A DNA stretch of 64,000 bases, taken from Pseudobdellovibrionaceae bacterium. GTDB lineage: Bacteria > Bdellovibrionota > Bdellovibrionia > Bdellovibrionales > Bdellovibrionaceae. Of the stretch, positions 9,438 to 16,922 are shown in pieces. The stretch's first letter is position 1. Each line of letters starts with the position of its first letter. The DNA is taken from the NCBI GenBank assembly GCA_039810425.1, contig JBDHWW010000003.1:4121-68120 (forward strand), given 5' to 3'. Below the pieces are notes generated by a model. That model had not been told where the DNA came from. It saw nothing but the letters and a program-made list of their open reading frames with translations, and searched no databases. The position numbers and the translations under genes were made by a program.

Positions 9438-10154
9438 ATGTATCATCAACTTGTGAGCCAGGATGGAACCGATATTTTTTCGAAAGTGACCGTCGAAGAA
9501 CGCATGCGTCTTTTCAGAGACCTTGCGAACGTGCGCGGTGAAGTGACCTGCAAAGGTGACGACGACGATGTTTATCGTATGATCGTTGAGCGTGCGACGG
9601 CCAAAGCCGAACTCCAATGTTCTATTCCTTTCGGTCTCCCATCCCCGGCTAAAGAAAAAGAGCTTTTAGGAAACTTCTTTTTAGGCGGTGAAAGATATTT
9701 CTTTAAAACACCGGTGAAGGTGGATAAAGACGTCGTCATTTTACGCATGGACTCCGATCTCTTTCACCTGCAGCGCCGCCAAAATTACCGCATTAAAATT
9801 CCAGAAAATTATCAGGCAACATTATTGATTTCCTCTCTGAACAAAGCCGCAGTAAAACTCACGGGCCAGCTTTATGATTTGAGCAGCGGCGGATGTCGCG
9901 TCGTTTTAGCTGCCAGTACGCCATTGCTTGAGCATGGCGATATTATTGAAGGGCATGTGGTGATCGGCAAAAGGGAATCACTTGGAATAGAGGGCACCGT
10001 CCGACACCATAAAATCGAAAAGGGCGCCAATCTCACTAAACAAGTTTTCGGTATCGAATTTAAACCCCTTTCTTCTCTATTAGAGGGAAGGTTGTTTGCA
10101 ATTACAATGGATTTGCACCGGGAATTCTTCTCAAGATTAAACACCAAAAGCTAA
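9438..10154 (+). CDS. PilZ-domain c-di-GMP receptor, YcgR-like architecture
   Basis: PilZ motifs QRRQNYRI (RxxxR) and LYDLSSGGCRV (D/NxSxxG) follow an N-terminal YcgR-N-like half. ATG at 9438 has a GAGGGGG RBS. The track start at 9357 is TTG. Confidence 0.8.
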   Translation: MYHQLVSQDGTDIFSKVTVEERMRLFRDLANVRGEVTCKGDDDDVYRMIVERATAKAELQCSIPFGLPSPAKEKELLGNFFLGGERYFFKTPVKVDKDVVILRMDSDLFHLQRRQNYRIKIPENYQATLLISSLNKAAVKLTGQLYDLSSGGCRVVLAASTPLLEHGDIIEGHVVIGKRESLGIEGTVRHHKIEKGANLTKQVFGIEFKPLSSLLEGRLFAITMDLHREFFSRLNTKS

Positions 10155-10191
10155 AGAATTCTTCAAAATTTTAATCGTGTCCAGAATAGAA

Positions 10192-10207
10192 CCAGCCGAT
10201 AAGTACT
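10192..10207. repeat. right arm of the 16-bp inverted repeat bracketing pilZ
   Basis: CCAGCCGATAAGTACT is the exact reverse complement of 9250..9265. Confidence 0.9.
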
Positions 10208-10226
10208 CTATGAAGGCAGGTGATTA

Positions 10227-10307
10227 ATGAAGTACGTACTTGGAATCATCATATTTTCGTTCATTCTAGGAGTCGGCGTCTGGTTTGAGCTGCTCATGAA
10301 CGCTTGA
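10227..10307 (+). CDS. candidate 26-aa single-TM micro-protein
   Basis: ATG at 10227 preceded by AGGTGA. MKYVLGIIIFSFILGVGVWFELLMNA* is one hydrophobic helix. It lies 73 nt downstream of pilZ. Under 60 aa, so absent from the track. Confidence 0.3.
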   Translation: MKYVLGIIIFSFILGVGVWFELLMNA

Positions 10308-10309
10308 TA

Positions 10310-10975
10310 TTAGTTCTTTAACTTGGCCGCGGCTTTGTTGGCCTCTTCAAATCGCTTCGTATAAGCACGAAGCTCCTGATTGAATTCGCTACTTTTCTCT
10401 CGCGCATAGTCGTCGAAGTTCTTTCTTTTATCTCTCATGTCTGATTCGAACTCTTCTCGTCTATCACGTTCCGCGGAATAAAATTCTTTTCTTTTGGCAT
10501 CGAGATCATCATAAAAATCCTTATTCTGATCACGTGTGCTTTTTCGTTTCTTAAAATCATTGCGCGCTTCCTCTTGCTGCTTGGTGAATTCGTCTTTGCG
10601 CTTTCTTTCTTCTTTCACATAAGCCTCGCGGGCCTTTGTCATGTCCTTCTGAAAGACCTCCCGCTTCTTACGTAAGAGCCCATCGAACTTTTCGCGGATG
10701 TTCGTTGGAGACTTTTTCCCGTCGGCGAAAAGCTGGTCCATGAATGCGAGCTCATCATTTTCTTTTTTCTTCTCTTCAGGAATATTCTTACGAAGCTCTT
10801 CGAACTGCTGGCGGTCCGCCGTCAAAGAGTACTTGTCGTCGACTAGTGGGGCATTCTCAGTTTGAGACAGAGCGCTTTCCGATTTTTTTGTAGAAACTTG
10901 GCAGGCAGAAATGAAAATCATGGATGCCACATAAAGCAGCGAAAGGTATTTTGTTTTCCCCGACCAATGTCCCAT
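10310..10975 (-). CDS. lipoprotein with an 11-residue periodic charged repeat (amphipathic-helix type)
   Basis: Lipobox MIFISAC and a GGGAGG RBS. Within REKF...KRF the aromatic residues recur at spacings of 11,11,11,11,13,11,11,11,11,11. Confidence 0.8.
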   Translation of the reverse strand: MGHWSGKTKYLSLLYVASMIFISACQVSTKKSESALSQTENAPLVDDKYSLTADRQQFEELRKNIPEEKKKENDELAFMDQLFADGKKSPTNIREKFDGLLRKKREVFQKDMTKAREAYVKEERKRKDEFTKQQEEARNDFKKRKSTRDQNKDFYDDLDAKRKEFYSAERDRREEFESDMRDKRKNFDDYAREKSSEFNQELRAYTKRFEEANKAAAKLKN

Positions 10976-11059
10976 GAACGGACCTCCCTGAGTCTAATTT
11001 GTCTCACTCTGAGAATAATTGGACTTCAAAGAAAGAGCAATCTGTCGATAAGTATATAT

Positions 11060-11788
11060 ATGTTGTACGGAAAACGAATCTACGAACCTCAGTCGCGCTT
11101 GTCGCACAATCGTTCCCAGAAGATGATTCTGAACAAGGCCTTCCAATACAAGTACACGGTCTTCTTGATGACCGCTGTCCTCGGTGGAGCGCTGTTATTC
11201 TTCGCGCCAGCGTACTACTTCATCAGTCAGAACTACACTCTCTTTACAAATCTTGCTTATGATACCCAACCAGCTCTTGTGACTCACCTCGAGCGCGAAG
11301 TGGTTTGGCTCGGTGTCGTTATGGTCCTTAGTCTGGTGATCATAGGTGGTTTCACCCTCGTCGCCGGTCTTCGCATGACCAAGAATCTTCTGGCCCCGTT
11401 GGTGCAAATGGAAAAGCACATGAAAGAGCTCATGTACGGTCACTGGCATATTCCTGATTACAAAATTACGAATGAAGACGACTTCCGCGACTTGGCGATG
11501 ACGTACGACTATTTCTATCGTTCATTGAAAGCCAACACCGAAGCCGAATTGAAGCTCATCGAAAAGCTTTCGATTGACCCTCAGAATCGTGAAGCCTACG
11601 CGGCTTGGAAGAATTTGATTACGATCAAACGCTCTCGCTTGGGCATGCAAGAGTTGCCGTTTGAAGAATTCACGGTGCAACCGTTGTCACGCAACGGCCC
11701 TGATTTTGGCTCAGAAAAAACAAAGACGGCTGTTACCGGTCCCGACGTAGTGTCGATCGAAGCTGGGCGTCGGCGTCGCGTTTCTTAA
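11060..11788 (+). CDS. two-TM membrane protein with a HAMP-like linker, signalling function unknown
   Basis: Two TM segments (FLMTAVLGGALLFFAPAYYF and VVWLGVVMVLSLVIIGGFTLVAG) are followed by LRMTKNLLAPLVQMEKHMKEL, which is HAMP-like. Alternative start at 11123 (MILNK). The track start at 10862 overlaps the divergent gene and is rejected. The 3' end overlaps the smpB 3' end by 56 nt. Confidence 0.6.
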   Translation: MLYGKRIYEPQSRLSHNRSQKMILNKAFQYKYTVFLMTAVLGGALLFFAPAYYFISQNYTLFTNLAYDTQPALVTHLEREVVWLGVVMVLSLVIIGGFTLVAGLRMTKNLLAPLVQMEKHMKELMYGHWHIPDYKITNEDDFRDLAMTYDYFYRSLKANTEAELKLIEKLSIDPQNREAYAAWKNLITIKRSRLGMQELPFEEFTVQPLSRNGPDFGSEKTKTAVTGPDVVSIEAGRRRRVS

Positions 11789-12185
11789 TGGCTTCGCGTT
11801 TATCGTGGGTTTTCTTCCCTTTAACTATGGCAATCTCAATTTTAGCGCGACCTTTTTTGAAGTAAATTTTCAAAGGCACGCAGCTATAACCCTTTTCACG
11901 AAGAGCATCGTAAATACGATCGAGCTCGATCCGATTCAGCAAAAGTTTACGCAATCTCTCAGGTTCATGATTGTTGTAACTACTGGCTTTGTAGACCGCG
12001 ATGTGGGCATTTTGCAGAAACGCTTCCGATCCACGGAAGCTCACATAGGAATCTTTGAGCTGAACATTCTTATCCCGCAACGACTTGACCTCACTGCCTG
12101 TCAGCATAAGGCCTGCCTCAAAGGTATCAACGATCTCGTAGTTGAACCGGGCATTTTTGTTTTCTTGGATGATCAGAATGCTCAT
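11733..12185 (-). CDS. smpB: SsrA-binding protein SmpB
   Basis: NKNARFNYEIVDTFEAGLMLTGSEVKSLRD...YSCVPLKIYFKKGRAKIEIAIVKGKKTHDKRE is canonical SmpB. ATG at 12185. The track start at 12221 is TTG. Confidence 0.9.
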   Translation of the reverse strand: MSILIIQENKNARFNYEIVDTFEAGLMLTGSEVKSLRDKNVQLKDSYVSFRGSEAFLQNAHIAVYKASSYNNHEPERLRKLLLNRIELDRIYDALREKGYSCVPLKIYFKKGRAKIEIAIVKGKKTHDKREAIKKRDADAQLRSTLRRDR

Positions 12186-12188
12186 TCC

Positions 12189-12209
12189 GAGGACCCTATC
12201 AGGGTCCTC
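12189..12209 (-). other. 9-bp stem / 3-nt loop hairpin abutting the smpB start
   Basis: GAGGACCCT-ATC-AGGGTCCTC. It lies between the GNAT remnant stop (12218) and the smpB ATG (12185) and has no U-tract. It could occlude the smpB translation-initiation region or act as a processing/stop structure. Confidence 0.4.
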
Positions 12210-12217
12210 GCGGGATG

Positions 12218-12585
12218 TCAAAACAGGGTTTGGGGCGGGATTGCATATCTAAGAAGATGGCTTAGCTCTCCGGAGGCCGCACCCGTATGCCTAAAACCAC
12301 ACTTCTCGAGGACATGAATCGAGGCCCGGTTTTGTGGGTGTACGACAGCGGTCAGGGGCCTTTTAAGTTTTGATCGAGCTGCTAAATCAACAAGAGCCTT
12401 ACAGGCCTCTGTTGCGAAGCCTTTGCCCGTATCGGGAAATGCATAAACGACATCGGGCTGGTTTCGAGCCCCTCCATAAGAAATTCTCTGACGTGTTCGT
12501 TTTTTGTGAGTGCATAGAAGTCATCGAAATCTTCTTCGGAAATGGGGCAGTAAAAAAGTCGCGGAGACATTGGCGTCAATGACAT
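12218..12585 (-). pseudogene. degraded GNAT (RimJ/RimL-like) N-acetyltransferase
   Basis: Frame A gives the GNAT N-terminus MSPRLFYCPISEEDFDDFYALTKNEHVREFL, then nonsense and a stop at 12382. A second frame continues with ...VVYAFPDTGKGFATEACKALVDLAARSKLKRPLTAVVHPQNRASIHVLEKCGFRHTG, the acetyl-CoA/C-terminal GNAT motifs. The total is about 110 aa against about 170 expected, so both a frameshift and an internal deletion are implied. Confidence 0.6.
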
Positions 12586-12621
12586 CTATCCAAATTACAA
12601 GATTCTCTCTGCCATTAAAAG

Positions 12622-12654
12622 CACCTTCGCCGATGGTAGTGGGGCGTTATTTTG
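12622..12654. repeat. 33-bp perfect direct repeat, copy A
   Basis: CACCTTCGCCGATGGTAGTGGGGCGTTATTTTG is identical to 13723..13755. It contains the dyad ACCtTCGcCGAtGGT. Confidence 0.95.
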
Positions 12655-12661
12655 CCGTAAG

Positions 12662-13642
12662 TTATAGGTCCTCGGGCCTTAACCCCAAATCCATGACCGC
12701 CACAAGAGAGACCAGATAGGCTACCTCTTCAATATGCCCTAAGACTTTTTGCATCTTAATTTCGGTAGGGCCTGGCATTTGATTCATACCAAAAACCTCT
12801 ACCGTCTCCCCTCGAACCACAGCACCACCAATGCGACTAATTTGAGGCAACATTGCTGTGTTCTTAGAAAAGTAATATGTCTTACCTTTTCTTATAGTCT
12901 CATTGGCAGCGAACTCGACAACTGCGCGATCGTCCGCATTTAGTATCGTCGACATTTCTGGACCGACATCTTTATACAGCTGCAAATAACCTGAATGTAT
13001 TTCTTTTGCTGAAGCACTGAGTTCTTTGATGACCACAACGTCTGGCGAGAGTTCGGCCACTTCTTTTTTATTAAGCAGATGCTCTGGAATCACCACAATG
13101 TATGGTTTCGTATGAGGCAATAAACTGTGCCCATCCCACATGGTGACTGGAATGTTTTTACCTCCAGACGCTAAGTGCTTTTTAATATATTGGGCAGTTA
13201 TTTCTAAACCACTCACCCCGCCAACAACGACAGAAATCTTTTCTAACTGACTCATGATAAATCTCCTCTCTTGTGGGCCCATGCCCTGATTTTTACTATG
13301 CAAAGAGGATAGAATTTTATAAATCACCTGTTCAGCACTGTGGAGTCGTATCTGCTCTTTCTGAAGATGACTGAGTCTCTCTTTTAAAAGAACTTCCAGA
13401 CGAGCTGGATTCATCGAGGTATCAACCTCGAGAAGTGACTTGATTTCATTCAACGTAAAACCAAATGATTTGAACTGTTTAATTCTTTGTACAACTTCCA
13501 CTTGTTCTTCTGTGTAGTAGCGGTACTTATTCTCGCCACGAGTATGAGCGGCAATAAGCCCTGCGGCCTCATACACACGAAGCGTTCGTTGAGTGAGCGA
13601 AACTTTCTTTGAAAATTGTCCTATGGATAACCAGTTCTTCAT
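12662..13642 (-). CDS. MerR-family regulator fused to a degenerate Mur-ligase-like (central-domain) module
   Basis: The N-terminus WLSIGQFSKKVSLTQRTLRVYEAAGLIAAH..YRYYTEEQVEVVQRIKQFKSFGFTLNEIK is a MerR HTH plus coiled coil. The C-terminal ~200 aa follow the Mur-ligase order of motifs, but the P-loop position reads VVGGVSGLEIT instead of GTNGKT(T/S). ATG at 13642. The track ATG at 13675 lies inside a palindrome. Confidence 0.7.
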   Translation of the reverse strand: MKNWLSIGQFSKKVSLTQRTLRVYEAAGLIAAHTRGENKYRYYTEEQVEVVQRIKQFKSFGFTLNEIKSLLEVDTSMNPARLEVLLKERLSHLQKEQIRLHSAEQVIYKILSSLHSKNQGMGPQERRFIMSQLEKISVVVGGVSGLEITAQYIKKHLASGGKNIPVTMWDGHSLLPHTKPYIVVIPEHLLNKKEVAELSPDVVVIKELSASAKEIHSGYLQLYKDVGPEMSTILNADDRAVVEFAANETIRKGKTYYFSKNTAMLPQISRIGGAVVRGETVEVFGMNQMPGPTEIKMQKVLGHIEEVAYLVSLVAVMDLGLRPEDL

Positions 13643-13668
13643 TCTTGCCTCTAGAAGAAGCCTAAAGT

Positions 13669-13683
13669 TTGACATTACGTCAA
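13669..13683 (-). promoter_or_regulatory. 15-bp palindrome, candidate MerR-type operator within the promoter spacer
   Basis: TTGAC-ATTAC-GTCAA, immediately preceded on the minus strand by TTGACC (-35-like) and followed by TAGGCT (-10-like) at about 19-nt spacing. This is the MerR-family hallmark geometry. A related TTGACGccaATGTC motif sits upstream of the GNAT remnant. Confidence 0.4.
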
Positions 13684-13722
13684 GGTCAAATCAGTTTTGA
13701 GAAAATATCAAATGGCCCGGAT

Positions 13723-13755
13723 CACCTTCGCCGATGGTAGTGGGGCGTTATTTTG
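13723..13755. repeat. 33-bp perfect direct repeat, copy B
   Basis: Identical to 12622..12654. It lies about 80 nt upstream of the MerR-like ATG. Confidence 0.95.
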
Positions 13756-13959
13756 TGAATGAGGACTATTTTTTATCGGCGCAAATTAATTCTTGACGTG
13801 AGTTTGGGGTGATTTCCCTCTTTACGCCTGTAGAAACAAGAAGTGTTTTAATAAGCTAATACAATTCATCACAAGGCTTGCACGCTTTTAATTTTTCCAA
13901 AATGAGGCCGCTCTCATGCGACCTGAAATCATCTCTGGTGGCGGATTTTAAGGGCCAAA

Positions 13960-15030
13960 ATGGAGCTTAAAAAACGCATGCTATACCTTTTCGCAGAGAA
14001 GGAATTAGCCATGAAACATATCAACTATATGATTGATGAGAATATCAAAAAGCTTTCCGACAAAACTTTGCTCGCGCAAACGGATCTCTTAGCGCTCGAA
14101 CATCGCAAGAACTCAATTCTGCTTTTACGTCACCTTCGTGAAATTGAAGTGCGCCGTCTGTTTGTGGATCTTGGTTTTACGTCTATGCATAAGTATTGCA
14201 TTCAACAGCTTAAGTTTTCAGAAGGCGAAACGCAAAGACGCCTGACCTCGGCAAGACTATTAACGGAGCTTCCAGAGATTGAAGAGAAAATCGAAGCCGG
14301 CAGTTTGAGTGTTACAAACCTTTCTAAAATCCAGAGTTTTCTCAAACAGGAGAAAGCCGCTTCTCATACTTTGAGCAAAGAAGAGAAATTAGACTTGATT
14401 GAAGAAATGCAAAACAAATCCACCCGCGAAGTGGAAAAAGAGCTTATCAGCCTTTCTCATCAGCCAGCCCTTTTAGCTGAGAAGTTTCAAGGCGCTAAGG
14501 CGTCTATGCTTTTAAGCGAGGTCGGTCAAGACTACCAGAAATTTGAAACTCATCTTTCAGAAGAACACCAAGCACTTTTAACAGAGTTTAAAAATCTCTA
14601 TGCCCATGAACTTAACGGACACGGCAATGGCGATGTTCTTGTGTTTTTATTAGAAAAAGCAGTTCAACATAAAAAGAAAAAGATGGGTCTTATAGATAAG
14701 ACGAAGCCTTTGCTCAAGAAAGTAAAATCTGCGAACAAAAGTGACGCCACCAATGCTGCGCCACCACCATCGGCGCCGAAGGTGAACATAACTCCGTACC
14801 GAAAATACATCAGCGTCCATACCAAAAAACATATTTGGCAGCGTGCCCAATCTTGTTGTGAACACCGAGACTCCGCAAGCCAAAAGCGCTGTGCCTCGAA
14901 GTTTGCACTGCAGATAGATCACGTTCAGTCACTAGCACTGGGTGGTTCAGATGAAATACCAAACTTACAATTGCTGTGTTGGGCGCATAATTCGCGACGG
15001 GCGATAAAGACTTTTCGTCAAAGGCATTAA
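13960..15030 (+). CDS. HNH endonuclease (DUF222-like N-terminal region)
   Basis: C-terminal HNH core CEHRD....QIDHVQSLALGGSDEIPNLQLLCWAHNSRRA. Hand-counted lines give about 38-43% GC against about 58% in a flhA line. Alternative start at 14011 (MKHINY). Confidence 0.8.
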   Translation: MELKKRMLYLFAEKELAMKHINYMIDENIKKLSDKTLLAQTDLLALEHRKNSILLLRHLREIEVRRLFVDLGFTSMHKYCIQQLKFSEGETQRRLTSARLLTELPEIEEKIEAGSLSVTNLSKIQSFLKQEKAASHTLSKEEKLDLIEEMQNKSTREVEKELISLSHQPALLAEKFQGAKASMLLSEVGQDYQKFETHLSEEHQALLTEFKNLYAHELNGHGNGDVLVFLLEKAVQHKKKKMGLIDKTKPLLKKVKSANKSDATNAAPPPSAPKVNITPYRKYISVHTKKHIWQRAQSCCEHRDSASQKRCASKFALQIDHVQSLALGGSDEIPNLQLLCWAHNSRRAIKTFRQRH

Positions 15031-15038
15031 CGCCAGCG

Positions 15039-15872
15039 CTATTCGAAGCCGAATTTCTTATAAAGCGCTACGAACTGCTCTGGGCTGAGTTCTTCGCCGC
15101 GGACGGTTTCTTTAAAACCCATTTCGGCGAGCCAACCCACGAGTTGGGCTTCGCTGATGTTTTTTTGCGAATAAAAAACCGATAGGTTTTTCTTTAGGAG
15201 CTTCCGGCGTTGAGCAAAGGCGGCCTTCACAAAACTTAAGAAAGACTTGGGCTGTGTCAACACGGGCGGCTTGCGAGTAAATGCCAAAACCCGCGAAGCC
15301 ACACGCGGAGCGGGATCGAAATCCCCCGGGCCAGCTTCCGTAATCTTTTCGGCTTTCCAGAATGTTTGTGCAATCACCGTCAACAAACCATAAGCATCGG
15401 TCTTTGCCGTCGCAGTAATTCTTTGCGCCACTTCTTTTTGGAACATCAGCACCATGTGATCCAAACCACCCTCACCGTCCAGGCAGCGATCAATCACAAT
15501 ACTTGAAGAAATCTGATACGGAAGATTACTGACCAAAACTTTTTTGCCCGCCGCTGAAGAATAAAACTGCTGCCAATCCAATTGCAGGGCATCACCTTCG
15601 ATCACCTCGAGCCCCTGAGAGCGCCAGAATTCGGCGAGCACGCGATCCAACTCAATCACGCGGAAATTCCCGCACATCTCGCGCAAGAAATAAGTCAAAG
15701 CCCCCGGCCCAGGCCCCACTTCGATCAAGGTTTCAGCAGAAAACTCGCGGGCTTTGTTGATGATTCTTTCAATCACCACATCGCTGACCAGAAAGTTCTG
15801 CCCCAGCGACTTCTTGGCTTCAATACCCAGAGCCTCTTGTACGACTTTCAGGCGTTGCCGAGCGGTACTCAT
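15039..15872 (-). CDS. rsmA: 16S rRNA (adenine1518/1519-N6)-dimethyltransferase
   Basis: KKSLGQNFLVSDVVIERII...EVGPGPGALT...SNLPYQISS are canonical KsgA/RsmA motifs. 4-nt overlap with tsaD. Confidence 0.9.
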   Translation of the reverse strand: MSTARQRLKVVQEALGIEAKKSLGQNFLVSDVVIERIINKAREFSAETLIEVGPGPGALTYFLREMCGNFRVIELDRVLAEFWRSQGLEVIEGDALQLDWQQFYSSAAGKKVLVSNLPYQISSSIVIDRCLDGEGGLDHMVLMFQKEVAQRITATAKTDAYGLLTVIAQTFWKAEKITEAGPGDFDPAPRVASRVLAFTRKPPVLTQPKSFLSFVKAAFAQRRKLLKKNLSVFYSQKNISEAQLVGWLAEMGFKETVRGEELSPEQFVALYKKFGFE

Positions 15873-16912
15873 TGTTGGTTATTGAAATCTTGGGGAAGGC
15901 TCTGCGGAGAAGGCCCAAGATCCAATGTCGAAATTTCGCCTCTATTCAGGCGCAAAACACCCACGTAGCCGATCATCGCGGCATTGTCCGTGCAATACCT
16001 GAGAGGCGGAATCACCAATTTAAAACCTTTACGTTTTGCCCAGTCTTCAGCCCGCGCACGCAAGCGAGAGTTCGCACTCACGCCACCAGTTAAGATCACA
16101 CGCTTGGCTTTAAATGTTTTCGCGGCCTTTTCAAGCTTTGCAATCAGCACATCCACGATGGCCTCTTGGAAAGAAGCACAGAGATCTGGTAGATGTTTTT
16201 TCACTTCCTCAGGGCCCATTCGCTCTAGCAGGCGTTGACCTGCGGATTTTAAACCCGAAAAGCTCATATCAAAAGTATCGTCATGAAGCATACTACGAGG
16301 GAACTCGTAAGCCTGAGGATTTCCCTTTTGCGACTCACGATCTACACGCACTCCGCCCGGAAAACCCAGCCCCGCCATCTTGGCAAATTTATCAAAAGCC
16401 TCGCCAGCCGCATCGTCTTTGGTCGTCCCTAAAACTTCGTAATCCCCAATCCCCCGGATATGATAGAGGCTCGTGTGCCCGCCGCTGATGGCAAGACCCA
16501 CATAGGGATAATCGAAATCTTCTGGTGGAGCATACTGAGCATCTTTCAAAAATGGGGCTAACAAATGCCCTTCAAGATGATTCACGCCGATAAACGGGAT
16601 TTTGCGAGACTGCGCAATACTTTTCGCGGTAACAAGCCCGACAATCAATGAGCCCACCAGTCCAGGGCGATTCGTCACTGCAATGGCCGGAATATCCTCC
16701 CAAGTCATATTGGCTTTTTTCAGAGCTTCTTCAATGAGCGGAATCAAGGCCCTCGAGTGATTGCGGCAGGCAATCTCTGGAACGATCCCCCCGTAAGGTT
16801 CATGTTCCAGGTCTTGGCTCGCGGAAACGACCGAGTGAACCCATCCCGTGCGTTCAACAACGGCCACAGAGGTATCATCACAACTCGTTTCAATCGCGAG
16901 AACGCGGTCCAT
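15869..16912 (-). CDS. tsaD: tRNA N6-adenosine threonylcarbamoyltransferase
   Basis: LAIETSCDDTSVAVV...GVNHLEGHLLAP...GLAISGGHTSLY...LTGGVSANSRLR is the canonical Gcp/TsaD pattern. Confidence 0.9.
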   Translation of the reverse strand: MDRVLAIETSCDDTSVAVVERTGWVHSVVSASQDLEHEPYGGIVPEIACRNHSRALIPLIEEALKKANMTWEDIPAIAVTNRPGLVGSLIVGLVTAKSIAQSRKIPFIGVNHLEGHLLAPFLKDAQYAPPEDFDYPYVGLAISGGHTSLYHIRGIGDYEVLGTTKDDAAGEAFDKFAKMAGLGFPGGVRVDRESQKGNPQAYEFPRSMLHDDTFDMSFSGLKSAGQRLLERMGPEEVKKHLPDLCASFQEAIVDVLIAKLEKAAKTFKAKRVILTGGVSANSRLRARAEDWAKRKGFKLVIPPLRYCTDNAAMIGYVGVLRLNRGEISTLDLGPSPQSLPQDFNNQQ

Positions 16913-16922
16913 TTGGTACTCT

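Noticed and set aside
12370-12582. 70-aa + strand ORF opposite the GNAT remnant
   Set aside because: It is antisense to recognisable GNAT motifs and has no RBS or family features.
11733-13000. Looked for an ssrA (tmRNA) gene or tRNA next to smpB as an island attachment site
   Set aside because: I found no tRNA-like acceptor/T-arm (GGTTCGAATCC-type) or tmRNA 5' GGGGCTGA / 3' CCACCA signature here or anywhere else in the window.
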